Positions 34,306 through 43,481 of a stretch of 55,986 bases of DNA are shown here, one piece after another. The notes below the pieces were generated by a model. It was not told the DNA's origin. It searched no databases and worked only from the letters and a program-made list of their open reading frames with translations. The stretch is from a virus. Made by a program: the position numbers and the translations under genes. How positions within the stretch are numbered: the first letter of the stretch is position 1; the number at the start of each line of letters is the position of its first letter. The stretch lies in IMG/VR virus record IMGVR_UViG_3300046713_000343. One strand, written 5' to 3'.

Positions 34306-35628
34306 TTACTTACCTGCTCCTTGCTGGCTCACGGTCCGGCGCTGGCTCGGGTTGTACGTCTTCCGCATCTCCGCATAGAGATCCGGCTGCTCCTTGCTGA
34401 GCTGCGCCCGCTCGGTACCGGTGAGCTCGGCGTAGGTCTTGCCGTTCCAGGTGGGCGCGGGCACGGCGCCGGCATTGGCGGGATCGCGCTGCTTCTCCTT
34501 GTGCGCGTCGCCGAGCGCGGCGATGGGCGCGAGCGTGGCGAGCATGGCCTCGGCGCCCTTGAGCGAGAGGTCACCCGAAGCCACCTGGTCGCGCAGCGAC
34601 TTCTCGATCGCGGGCGTGATCTTCTTCTCCGCCTTGCCCTGTGTGATCAGCGCGTCCAGCTTGCGGGCGCTGTTCTCCTTCTTGAGCTCGCCGAGCTCGG
34701 CCTGCAGCGCGGGCAACTGCTTGTGCGACTCGGACATGGCGGTAAGGACGCCGAGTGCCTCGTCGCCAGTCTTTCCGGTCACGGCCTCGATGCGAGTGAG
34801 CAGAGCGAGCCGGGCTGCAGCCTCGGCTACGCTCGCGACGCCCAGGGCTGCCAGCACGTTCTTCGCTTCCTCTGCCATTTTCGTCTCCTTCTCGTCATCG
34901 TCATCATCGTCGTCGCCTTGCTGGGCGACATTGATCGCAACCCGGCGCCTCGCCGGGTTCGACACTTCTGTCCGCGCTTGCGCGACCGCCGCCAGCAGGC
35001 CCTTCGGCACATGCAGCAGGTCCGATAGGTCGAGGCCGGCGAGCGCGCGCGCGGTCTCCTTCTTGGGCGCCGCCTGCTTCGCGGTCACCTTGTCGACGAA
35101 GCCGTGCTGCTTGGCCTCGTTCGGGCTCAGCCACGTCTCCGCCGCCATCATCTCGAGCACGCGACCGCGGTCCATGCCCGTGCGCGCGACGTACACCTCC
35201 GCGATCTGCTCCATCATCTTGTCGAGCAGGTCGGCGGTGGCCCGAAGGTCCTCGGCCTCGCCGAGCGAGATCGCCCACGGGTTGTGGATCATCACGAACC
35301 CGTTCGAGGCGATCCGGATCTCGTCCGCCGCCATGATGACGACGCTCGCCATGCTGGCCGCGAGTGCGTCGACGTCGGCTTCGACGCGCGCCGGGTGCTC
35401 GTTGAGCAGGTTGTAAATGGCGAAGCCGTCGATCACGTCGCCGCCGCGGCTGTTCACCCGCAGCTTGATCAGCATCGCGTCCGGGTTCGCCTTGAGCTTC
35501 GAGCGCACCGACTTCGCCGAGACCGCATCCTCGCGCCACCAGCTCTCGCCGATCACGTCGTAGATGTCGATCTCGAGCGCCTCGGTGCCGTCCCCGCGTA
35601 GCGCGAACGCCCATTTCGTGGCGGACAT
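34306..35628 (-). CDS. Head maturation protease (ClpP/S49-like) fused to scaffold-like C-terminal region
   Basis: ATG at 35628 follows AGGAGA. The protease core is INSRGGDVIDGFAIYN...LAASMASVVIMA...FVMIHNPW. The C-terminal half is Ala/Glu/Lys-rich and helical after a poly-Asp run. Confidence 0.85.
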   Translation of the reverse strand: MSATKWAFALRGDGTEALEIDIYDVIGESWWREDAVSAKSVRSKLKANPDAMLIKLRVNSRGGDVIDGFAIYNLLNEHPARVEADVDALAASMASVVIMAADEIRIASNGFVMIHNPWAISLGEAEDLRATADLLDKMMEQIAEVYVARTGMDRGRVLEMMAAETWLSPNEAKQHGFVDKVTAKQAAPKKETARALAGLDLSDLLHVPKGLLAAVAQARTEVSNPARRRVAINVAQQGDDDDDDDEKETKMAEEAKNVLAALGVASVAEAAARLALLTRIEAVTGKTGDEALGVLTAMSESHKQLPALQAELGELKKENSARKLDALITQGKAEKKITPAIEKSLRDQVASGDLSLKGAEAMLATLAPIAALGDAHKEKQRDPANAGAVPAPTWNGKTYAELTGTERAQLSKEQPDLYAEMRKTYNPSQRRTVSQQGAGK

Positions 35629-35784
35629 GTCTCTCCTACTCGGGCCCGTGTCGGGCTCGATCAGCGCGCGTTTGGGCGCGGTGTTGTGGGGCGCCTGCCC
35701 TCGACGGTCCCGGGCGCGTGTCGAGCTCTGCCTGAGGGCGTGCAACACACGAGCAGCGCCGTCAGGCAGAGCACCGTGACCACC

Positions 35785-36003
35785 TCAGTCCGCCGGCGTG
35801 AAGTCGACGTACATCTCGCCACCGACGACGAACTGGTCGGAGGCGGCCGCGTTCACGATCGTGAGGAGAATCTCGCCGCCCGGCGTGGCCCCGAAGAACT
35901 CCTTGTTCTCGTCCGAGCCCTCGTAGACCGGGAGCAACTGGACCGAGGCCAAGTCGCCCGTCACCTCGTTGGCGTTGACCTTGAACTTCGCGCGTACCGA
36001 CAT
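35785..36003 (-). CDS. Hypothetical small protein (72 aa)
   Basis: ATG at 36003 preceded by AAGGAG. Confidence 0.65.
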   Translation of the reverse strand: MSVRAKFKVNANEVTGDLASVQLLPVYEGSDENKEFFGATPGGEILLTIVNAAASDQFVVGGEMYVDFTPAD

Positions 36004-36123
36004 TGATCGTCTCCTTCGTGAAAAGCTCCGGGGTCTCTCCCCCGGTGTCACAGCCCCACGGATGGCTGCAGACCACCGTGGTCAGGCCCTGCTGTTGGGC
36101 ACCACCGCTTCATGGTTGAACAT

Positions 36124-36288
36124 TTAGGCAGCCGCGCGCCGGCGCACGAGGCCCTCGGAGAGCCTCACGATCACCGCCGGCTTTTCAGCGACAGCCGCTC
36201 GCGCGGCATTCAGGCACACGCGCGCATCCTCGTCGTCCGCGGTCGCGATGCGAACGCAGTCGATGCAGAGGCAGTGGCGGACGTGCAT
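36124..36288 (-). CDS. Possible small Cys-containing ORF (54 aa), not in the supplied track
   Basis: ATG directly after upstream TGA (TGAATG); MHVRHCLCIDCVR...; GC-rich third positions. Confidence 0.3.
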   Translation of the reverse strand: MHVRHCLCIDCVRIATADDEDARVCLNAARAAVAEKPAVIVRLSEGLVRRRAAA

Positions 36289-36600
36289 TCAGTTGATGGG
36301 GTACGTCGTGCCGTCGTCCGGGTCGGGCGGGTTGAAGCGCTCGATCGGCTCGAGCTCGGGCGCGCTCGTCACGTCCAAGTCGAAGCGGAGAGCGCTCGCG
36401 CGCACCCACTCGTCGACGAGCTGCGCGTCATCGATGTCGAGCCTTCGCGCTTTAGCGGGAGGAGTCTCAACCTGGACGGGCACTCGGGAACCGCCCTTCA
36501 CGGCGAGCACGTCGGCGCGAAGGTACTCGGCGGCGGGCGACGTACCGCGCACCCTGCCTCCGAGAAACACCTCCGTGCCGTCGCTGAGCTCCCACTTCAT
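36289..36600 (-). CDS. Hypothetical protein (103 aa) coupled to the MuF-HExxH gene
   Basis: ATG overlaps the upstream stop (ATGA). Confidence 0.65.
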   Translation of the reverse strand: MKWELSDGTEVFLGGRVRGTSPAAEYLRADVLAVKGGSRVPVQVETPPAKARRLDIDDAQLVDEWVRASALRFDLDVTSAPELEPIERFNPPDPDDGTTYPIN

Positions 36601-38306
36601 TTCGCCGACTCTCCTGCCAACTGCCCTAGGGCGAACCAGAACGATTCCTCGTCCTTATCTACCAAATTCGCGGTGTCCTGGTGCATCTCTTGGAGCGCCA
36701 TCGATGTAACCTCGGTCGCAAACCGCCGGCCCCCGCGGTCGATGTACTGCTTCCCCATGTAAGGATTGTAGAAACGGTCTTCTTTGGTGACTTCGTCAGC
36801 CCGGAAACCATGCCTGGGCATCAGCTTTCGCAGGCTGCGCCCGAACTCACCTATCGTGCGGCGTTCGAGAAACTGCTCGGCGTTGAGTCGGCCGCGCTCG
36901 TTGTGGTGCTCGACCCCGTGCCCCATCTCGTGCACCAAGGTTCCGTGCCCGTCGTCATGCAGCGTGCCGGCGCGCTCGATCCAGTCCACGTAGACCACGC
37001 GCGCAGCAGCGTCGAACTTGCCGCGGTTGGTCCACCACGAGATGACGTAACCGCGGCGCTTGTCGGCCAGCACCAGCGAGCGATCCGAGAGCTCTGCCCA
37101 GAAGGCTTGCACCTTGTCCACGATGCCGGGCGCGTCGCGCTTGATCTGCGCAGGCGCCACGCGGCTGATGCGCGGGGCGCCCAACACCACCTGTTTGCCC
37201 GCAGGCTGGATGCCGGCGCGGTGGCCGATCAGCCCAGCGAGCGCGCGCACCTCAGCGAGGGTGCGCTTTAGCGATGGCGTCTTCGCAACCGCCTCGCCGA
37301 GCGCCTCGGCGACCGCGCCTAGCGTCTTGAGCCCCTTCGGGATGAAGCCATCCTCCTCGGCTTGGCGCAGGCTCGTGAAGAGCGGCGTCGCGTTCGCGTG
37401 CGTCGTAAGCCCGATGTTCTCGGTCAGCTCTACGTGCTGACGCTTCGCCTCGGCCAGCGAGACACCCTTGCCGCGTTCTTCCATCGCGCGGCCCCAAGCC
37501 ACCGCGCGCCCGGCGTTCTCGCCGTACTTCTCGCGGTACTCGGTGTCGAGCCAGTGGGCTGGCGTCTCGAGACGTCGCGCTTCCTGCGCGCGACGCTGCG
37601 CCTCCTCGAGCTCGAGGCGGAGCTTCTCCTCCCGCACCTTGTAGGCGGTCGCCACGTTCGGATCGACGCCGGCGAGGTCGGGCTGCGGAGGCGCATCGCC
37701 CCGAAGCGGCGGCGCGAGCCCGAAGCCGTCAGGCACCTGGGCGTCAGGCGTGCCCTCGGTGACGCCGCGCTTCGCCGCCTCGGCGCGCGTGATGCCGCGC
37801 ACCGAGGAGCGGCAGCGATGATGGAGCGGTGGCCAGTGCGTCAGCCACCAGGGGTCGTCGACGCGCTTGACCGTGTTGTTCAGTGACTCGCAGAGCGGCG
37901 TCGTGCGGCTGTCTAGGATCGCATCGTAAAGCAGGTAAGGCCGCCCAACGGCAGCCTCGGGATCGGTGAGCTGGTACCAGCGGCCCGTGTTGTAGGCGGT
38001 CTGGGTCCAGTTGCGGAAGACGGTCTCGAGCTGGTAGCCGGTGACGCCGAACTTGTCGCCGAGCTTCTCCCGGATCCCCTTCTTGAAGTCCGCGAGCGAG
38101 CTCCCGTTCTCGAGCGCCTTCGCAATCTCGTCGAAGATGGTCTGCGTGGCCGAGAGCTCGAGCCCGCCGGCGACCCAGAACGCGCGTGCGCGCTGCTTGT
38201 CGTCGAGCTCGCCGAGCTCCGCGTGCGTGTACGGCACGCGGCTGCGAAACCAGTCGGCCGCCTCCTCGAAGCGCTCGTGCTTCGCAGTGACGTCCCAGGT
38301 CGTCAT
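36597..38306 (-). CDS. Head morphogenesis protein (Mu gpF / SPP1 gp7 family) with C-terminal HExxH metallopeptidase-like domain
   Basis: N-terminal MuF pattern (YDAILDSRTTPLCESLNN...WPPLHHRCRSSV); HEMGH at aa 459-463 (nt 36918..36932) in a roughly 370-aa extension. Confidence 0.8.
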   Translation of the reverse strand: MTTWDVTAKHERFEEAADWFRSRVPYTHAELGELDDKQRARAFWVAGGLELSATQTIFDEIAKALENGSSLADFKKGIREKLGDKFGVTGYQLETVFRNWTQTAYNTGRWYQLTDPEAAVGRPYLLYDAILDSRTTPLCESLNNTVKRVDDPWWLTHWPPLHHRCRSSVRGITRAEAAKRGVTEGTPDAQVPDGFGLAPPLRGDAPPQPDLAGVDPNVATAYKVREEKLRLELEEAQRRAQEARRLETPAHWLDTEYREKYGENAGRAVAWGRAMEERGKGVSLAEAKRQHVELTENIGLTTHANATPLFTSLRQAEEDGFIPKGLKTLGAVAEALGEAVAKTPSLKRTLAEVRALAGLIGHRAGIQPAGKQVVLGAPRISRVAPAQIKRDAPGIVDKVQAFWAELSDRSLVLADKRRGYVISWWTNRGKFDAAARVVYVDWIERAGTLHDDGHGTLVHEMGHGVEHHNERGRLNAEQFLERRTIGEFGRSLRKLMPRHGFRADEVTKEDRFYNPYMGKQYIDRGGRRFATEVTSMALQEMHQDTANLVDKDEESFWFALGQLAGESAK

Positions 38307-38309
38307 GGC

Positions 38310-39998
38310 TCACGCGTCCTGATGCGCGCCCGCGGTGCCGGCGAGGTCGGCGAGGTAGAAGGCGTGCTGCAGGAGCGTGCGCAGCGCCTCGGGCTGCTCC
38401 GCGTTCTGGTAGCGCGCCGTGACACGTTCACGGATCTGGTCGTAGCTGTCGGCGCCGTCGATGACGTCGAGCAGCTCGGCGAGCAGCGTGTCCGTGAGCG
38501 TCTTGCCCGCGGCCGCGCCGCTGTCGTCCACGACGTCGTCGACGTAGAGCTGGCCCGAGACGAAGCCCGCGGTCTTCTCGGCGCGCGCGCCGGAAGAGAG
38601 GCGCGCTCGAGCGGCGCGCAGCGCGCGCCCGTTCGTCATGCCCGCAGCGTCGTCGCCTTCGTCGCCTTGGTTGTCGTCGACCTGGTCTGTGTTGTCGCCG
38701 CCGTCGTCCGGCTTGGGCGCAAGGTCGCCCGGAGCGGGCGGGGCCGGGACGCCCTCGGGCTCCTCGAGCTTGCCGAGGAAGCTGAGGCCGAACTCCTCCT
38801 TCGTCTCCTTCTCGAGGATCTGAAAGCCAAGCGCCCTCATGGTGGTGAGCCCCTCGCCGAGGGTCTTCACCATGGTCGCGCGCTGCGACTTGTCCTCCTC
38901 GGGCTCGACCGGGTAGTTCGGCCAAGGAGCGAGGCGCGCATCGCCGAAGTTGAACTGCGCCCAGAACACGAGGCTCTGGTCGTGCAGTGTGGTGGTGAGC
39001 GCGCTCGCGTCGAAGCGGAGCTTGGCGTTGTCGCCGCTCTTTGCCTGCTGCTTCGCCGCTGCGAAGCTGCCCTTGTCGCTCACGCTGGTCGAGAGGTTCC
39101 CGCCGCGGACGCGAATCGCGATCGCGAGATCGGCCATCTCGACCTGGGCTTGATAGATCTCCTTCGTGTTGGCGCTGACCTCGACGAGCTTGAGGTCGAA
39201 GCCGTTCGCGAGTGCGACGACACGGTCTTCGCCGGCCTTCGCGAGGTCCTCGGCGAGCAGCCTGCGCTGCTCCTTCGTCGCCTTCTCGGGCGCGGTAGCG
39301 ACCAGCGTCGCCGCCTTCTCGCCGTGCCGTGCCCAGTCGCTCATGGCGTACTGCTTCAGCAGCACCCAGCGCGCCAGCGAGCGCCACAGCCCGCCCGCCC
39401 ATGGGCGGGTCGAGCCGTACGGCATGTGGAGGATCCACTCGGCGGAGTCGGTGCGCACCTCGATGAGCTGGCCCGTGATGTCCTGCACCGTCCAGCGCTG
39501 CAGGTACCAGTCCCAGGCGAGCGTTTGCGGATGCCAGAAGGTGAGCGTCGGCAGAAGCCGACCGGCGTGATCCGGGTTCGCGACCCAGGGCCGCTGCTGC
39601 CCAGGCCCGACGCCGAGCAGGATGCCCCACGTCACGACCTGCGTGAGCTCGCCCTCGGGGTACGCCTGCCAGAAGTCTTCGCCCGCCTCGAGCTCGCGCG
39701 CGGCTCGCTTCGCGCGACGACCGCTGCCGAGCTCGAACGTGGGCGTGAGCCCCATCAGCGCATCGGTGCGCGCGCTCAGCGCGCCCGCCACGCGGTCGTC
39801 AGTCAGGAGCCACTCGCAGAGGCTCGCCGCGTAAGTCAGGTTGCCCTGCTCCGCGAGCTGGATAGCCATCTTGATCTTGCGCGGGTCCCACTCGGTGTAG
39901 AGCCGCACGCTCGGCGCAGAGTACGCCTTGCCGTCGGGCTTCTCTTCGGCCGCCTTCGGTGGCTGCTTTCTGAGCCCGAAAAGGTTTCCCAGCGCCAT
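38310..39998 (-). CDS. Portal protein (Mu gp29-like, DUF935)
   Basis: 562 aa, follows terL; N-terminal YTEWDPRKIKMAIQLAEQGNLTYAASLCEWLLTDDRVAGAL resembles DUF935. Confidence 0.8.
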   Translation of the reverse strand: MALGNLFGLRKQPPKAAEEKPDGKAYSAPSVRLYTEWDPRKIKMAIQLAEQGNLTYAASLCEWLLTDDRVAGALSARTDALMGLTPTFELGSGRRAKRAARELEAGEDFWQAYPEGELTQVVTWGILLGVGPGQQRPWVANPDHAGRLLPTLTFWHPQTLAWDWYLQRWTVQDITGQLIEVRTDSAEWILHMPYGSTRPWAGGLWRSLARWVLLKQYAMSDWARHGEKAATLVATAPEKATKEQRRLLAEDLAKAGEDRVVALANGFDLKLVEVSANTKEIYQAQVEMADLAIAIRVRGGNLSTSVSDKGSFAAAKQQAKSGDNAKLRFDASALTTTLHDQSLVFWAQFNFGDARLAPWPNYPVEPEEDKSQRATMVKTLGEGLTTMRALGFQILEKETKEEFGLSFLGKLEEPEGVPAPPAPGDLAPKPDDGGDNTDQVDDNQGDEGDDAAGMTNGRALRAARARLSSGARAEKTAGFVSGQLYVDDVVDDSGAAAGKTLTDTLLAELLDVIDGADSYDQIRERVTARYQNAEQPEALRTLLQHAFYLADLAGTAGAHQDA

Positions 39999-41344
39999 CA
40001 GCCCCGCCTTGAAGACTTCACGTGGTACAGGCCCGCATCATCGACCTCCGCCCCCATCATGAGCTCGGTCGCTGCCCATACGAGCGCGTCGAGCCGGTTC
40101 GGGCTCCACGTGCTCACGCCCGGCTCCCAGTGGCAGAGTTGATCCTCGAGCGTAGGGAACACGCCCACGTGGTGGATGCGCCCCGGCTCCTTTTCGTAGA
40201 GAGTCGCGATCGGCTCAGCACGTATCTGCTTGCCGCGAGACGCTCGCACCTGCCGGAACGGAACGTTCTTCTCGATCGACTCGACATTGCTTTCGACGAG
40301 GTCGCCGCCATTGTTGACCTCGCCGACGATCACGTCTGCTTCGCGTGTGTTGTAGGCAGTGACCGCCGCTGCGCCCCACTCCTTGGGCGAGGGCTTGATC
40401 AGCGACGCGTCCTCGAGCACGTAGCCGTGCCCGTCCTCGCCCAGGCCCATCACCACGATCCCCGTCTCGGCCGCCTCTGACGTCTGCGACACCGAGGGGT
40501 CGACCGCGACGACGATGCGCACGAGCGGCGGATGCCGCGTGACGCGTAGGGATTCGATGCGCTCGCGCTTCCAGAGCGCGCCCGGCGCGTCGTCGAGGAC
40601 CTCGGCGTCGAGCTCCTGTCGGCCGAGCCGCGTGCCCTGGTACTTCGCAAGGATGTGGCTCAGCCACTTCGCCGCGACGTTGCCGCGGTTCTCGTACGTC
40701 GACCCTCGCGTGACGAAGCAGAGCGGATCGGCGATCAGGTCTTTGATGATCTTCGTGGGGCGCGGCGTCGTCGTGATGATCGCGCGCGGGTTATTGCCGA
40801 GGCGCAGGCCGAAGCACAGCTGATCCCACGCGTCCGCGTAGCGCCACTTCGCGAGCTCGTCGCCCCACGCTCCGTCGTGCTGCGGGCCGCGTAACTGGTC
40901 GGGCTCGTCGGCGCTGTACGTCGTGGCGATTGCGCCGTTCGGCCAAGTGAGCCTGCGATTCGAGGGCTCGTAGTGCGGTCGGCACCAAGGCGGCGCGATC
41001 GCGAGGATCCCGCTCTCGCCCTTCACCATGACGTCGCGTGCGTCCGCCGCCGTCTCGGCCACGAGCGCGATGCGGCCGCACGCGCCGCTCTCTGCTTGAG
41101 CCTGGCACCACTGCGCGCCGACGCGCGTTTTGCCGTAGCCTCTGCCTGCGAGATTCAGCCAGAAATGCCACTTGCCAGGCGGCGCGATCTGCTTCGGCCG
41201 CGCCCAGAAACTCCAGTCGTACTGAAGGACCTCGGCCTCGTCCTCGCTCAGCGCTTCGAGGAAGACGTGCTGACGAGCGGGATCAAGCGCCAGTCTCTCC
41301 GCCAGGCTCATCTGGCTGAGGTTGATTGCGCTCGCGAAGGTCAT
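39998..41344 (-). CDS. terL: Terminase large subunit
   Basis: Walker-A-like LAGRGYGKT, conserved DYQ/WARPKQ N-terminus, C-terminal nuclease-like region; start codon uncertain (overlaps terS). Confidence 0.85.
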   Translation of the reverse strand: MTFASAINLSQMSLAERLALDPARQHVFLEALSEDEAEVLQYDWSFWARPKQIAPPGKWHFWLNLAGRGYGKTRVGAQWCQAQAESGACGRIALVAETAADARDVMVKGESGILAIAPPWCRPHYEPSNRRLTWPNGAIATTYSADEPDQLRGPQHDGAWGDELAKWRYADAWDQLCFGLRLGNNPRAIITTTPRPTKIIKDLIADPLCFVTRGSTYENRGNVAAKWLSHILAKYQGTRLGRQELDAEVLDDAPGALWKRERIESLRVTRHPPLVRIVVAVDPSVSQTSEAAETGIVVMGLGEDGHGYVLEDASLIKPSPKEWGAAAVTAYNTREADVIVGEVNNGGDLVESNVESIEKNVPFRQVRASRGKQIRAEPIATLYEKEPGRIHHVGVFPTLEDQLCHWEPGVSTWSPNRLDALVWAATELMMGAEVDDAGLYHVKSSRRG

Positions 41345-41900
41345 TCAGCTTCTCGGCCAGCCTCACCTTCGCCGAGGCCACGTTGACGTGGACGTCGATC
41401 TTCTCCGCCTGCTTCAGCCCGAAGTGAGCCATCAGCAGATCGAGCGCCTGCACCTTCGGGTGCAGCTCGACTTGGATCTGCACCTTCTCGACGAAGCGCC
41501 CCTCGGCGTCTTGCTGTTCGTGCGTGGTCTGCCTGATCGACTTGATGCAGCGCCGCGCCGCGTGGCTGAGGTCGTCGAGGCTTCGGACGGTGATGTAGCG
41601 GCCGTCGACGCTCTGCGTGAACACCTCGCCGATGTCGCTCAGCGCCACGATGCCGAGCTCGTCGATGACGTGCGCCTTGGTGACGGTCGCGCGCTTCTCG
41701 GTCGCCCTGCGCATTTCCTGCAGGTGCGCCTGGACCTTAGCGTCCATTAGCAGCCGGGACGCGGTGACCTGCGCGCTCTTCGGCGCGTAGCCCGCCTTGA
41801 TCGCGGACTGGGTCCCGTTGAGGCTTCGGAAGTACTCCACCGCGAAACGCTTCTTCTTCTCGTTCGCGCGCCGGTGCTGAGCACCTTCCTTGTTACCCAT
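41283..41900 (-). CDS. terS: Terminase small subunit (P27/Terminase_2-like)
   Basis: ATG at 41900; KKKRFAVEYFRSLNGTQSAIKAGYAPKSAQVTASRLL is the family signature. Confidence 0.75.
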   Translation of the reverse strand: MGNKEGAQHRRANEKKKRFAVEYFRSLNGTQSAIKAGYAPKSAQVTASRLLMDAKVQAHLQEMRRATEKRATVTKAHVIDELGIVALSDIGEVFTQSVDGRYITVRSLDDLSHAARRCIKSIRQTTHEQQDAEGRFVEKVQIQVELHPKVQALDLLMAHFGLKQAEKIDVHVNVASAKVRLAEKLNDLRERNQPQPDEPGGETGA

Positions 41901-42097
41901 TTGGACCACCAGCCGCGGGCGCCGGCTCGTTCGGTCCGGCTTCGCTTCGCTCGGTGGGGCTGCTTGCTCGCGCTGTTCCCGCCGAGGTCCGCCCCAGCAT
42001 GGCGACTTTGGCCAGGTTTTCCGGTGCAGCACAAGGGGGGGAGCCGCGGCTTTTCGGAACGATTGTGCCGTTTCGGAACGTTCGGACCGATCTTTCT

Positions 42098-42319
42098 TCA
42101 GCCAGTCGGGCGCAAGGTGGGGCGCAAGCGTCGGATCGGGCGCGTGCCTGCCTTGTACGCGTCGACGGCGGCGAGGGGGATTCGCCAGTGTCCGCCGAGC
42201 GTCGGCCAGGCGCCGACGAGCACGCCTCGCTCGCACATCACGATGATCTGCTTTCGGTGCACGCGAAGCTGCTCGCCGGCCTCGCTCGTCGTCAAAATCT
42301 GGTGACTGACTGCTGACAT
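42098..42319 (-). CDS. Excisionase-family HTH DNA-binding protein (73 aa)
   Basis: ATG at 42319 after GGGGGAG; ILTTSEAGEQLRVHRKQIIVMCERGVLVGAWPTLGGHWRIPLAAVDAY. Confidence 0.65.
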   Translation of the reverse strand: MSAVSHQILTTSEAGEQLRVHRKQIIVMCERGVLVGAWPTLGGHWRIPLAAVDAYKAGTRPIRRLRPTLRPTG

Positions 42320-43161
42320 GTGCTCCCCCTCTCGCGACGTGCCATCGGACGCTGGGCGGGGATGAGCCCCCGCGCTGCAAGCTGTTCGGTGACGCGCTGG
42401 CGAAGGTTCCGCACCAGCGCGCGCAGGTTGCCGACGGTCTCCGCGAACCGCTCGGCGAGCGCTTCGTAGGGCGGCACCTCGGGCTCGACGCCGGGCGTGC
42501 GCGCGAGCAGCAGGGCCACGCAGTGGGCCCGGGTCATCGTGGCTTGTGCGCCCGCTGGGCAAGCGTCCTCGATGACGCGGCGCACGAGCACGAACTCTCC
42601 CGCAGCGTCGAGCAGCGGGTCGCCGCTGCGCACCGGGCCGCCGTCGATCTGCCCGAACTCGATCCGGGCGAGGATGCCGGCGCTCGCGCTCTTCGCATTG
42701 CGGTCGTGGCGCTGCCAATCGGCGAGCGCGATCAGGGCGGCGGTGAGGCTCGACCAGCGTGTCGCGCGCGGCTCGCTGCGGGCGGAGCGCTGCACGTGCC
42801 GGTCGGGGGCTGCGTGCTCCCACTTCGCCGCTTCGCGCTCCCAGCGGCAGAGGTCGCAGTCGCCGCAGCGACGGTGTTCGCCGCCCTTGCACGAGCGCGC
42901 CCACATCGGCGCGGTGAGGCGCGGGGGCGGGGGCGCCTTCGGCTCACCAAGGGCCGCCTCGGCGACGTAGGTCGCAAGCTCTGCGCGCGAGATCGGCGCG
43001 TCCGCGATCGTCTTCTTCGAGATGGCGCCGAGGCAGAGCGCGCAGGTCACAAGCGAGACGTCGGTCTCGGTATTCACAAACAGCATGCCGCACAAGGAGG
43101 TCCTGCCCTCGTCACCGGGCTTACTCGCGTCGAGGTGAACCTTGCGCCGGCTCTGCTTCAT
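42292..43161 (-). CDS. Cys-rich protein with sigma-70 region-4-like C-terminal HTH (candidate regulator)
   Basis: CGMLF..CALC and CKGGEHRRCGDCDLC clusters; C-terminal CVALLLARTPG...PYEALAERFAETVGNLRALVRNLRQRV. Confidence 0.6.
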   Translation of the reverse strand: MKQSRRKVHLDASKPGDEGRTSLCGMLFVNTETDVSLVTCALCLGAISKKTIADAPISRAELATYVAEAALGEPKAPPPPRLTAPMWARSCKGGEHRRCGDCDLCRWEREAAKWEHAAPDRHVQRSARSEPRATRWSSLTAALIALADWQRHDRNAKSASAGILARIEFGQIDGGPVRSGDPLLDAAGEFVLVRRVIEDACPAGAQATMTRAHCVALLLARTPGVEPEVPPYEALAERFAETVGNLRALVRNLRQRVTEQLAARGLIPAQRPMARRERGSTCQQSVTRF

Positions 43162-43481
43162 GCTGCGCTGCTCCGGTTCCCGCGCGTGCCGCTGCGCGCG
43201 ATGGGCATTGTCTCGAGCTCGAGCTGCGTCATGCGCTGGGCGTCTGCGTCGCGTGCGCGGCGGAGCGAGGCGTCCTTCGCGGCGCGCGCCCGCTCAAGCT
43301 TCTCGGCCTGCACGCGCTCGGCGGCCATGTCGCGCTGGCGCTGTCGCATCCAGCGCGTGAGCGCGACGCCGAGAGTGCGCGCGCACTCAAGACACACGAC
43401 GCCTGCGACGGCGCCGAAGCGGTAGGGCTCCGCGGAGAGCGGGTCGACCAGCGCGCTGCACACAGCGCACTCGTGAGTCAC
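43158..43481 (-). CDS. Zn-ribbon protein with coiled-coil tail (107 aa)
   Basis: GTG at 43481 overlapping upstream stop (GTGA) after GGAGG; CAVC...CLEC. Confidence 0.5.
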   Translation of the reverse strand: MTHECAVCSALVDPLSAEPYRFGAVAGVVCLECARTLGVALTRWMRQRQRDMAAERVQAEKLERARAAKDASLRRARDADAQRMTQLELETMPIARSGTRGNRSSAA

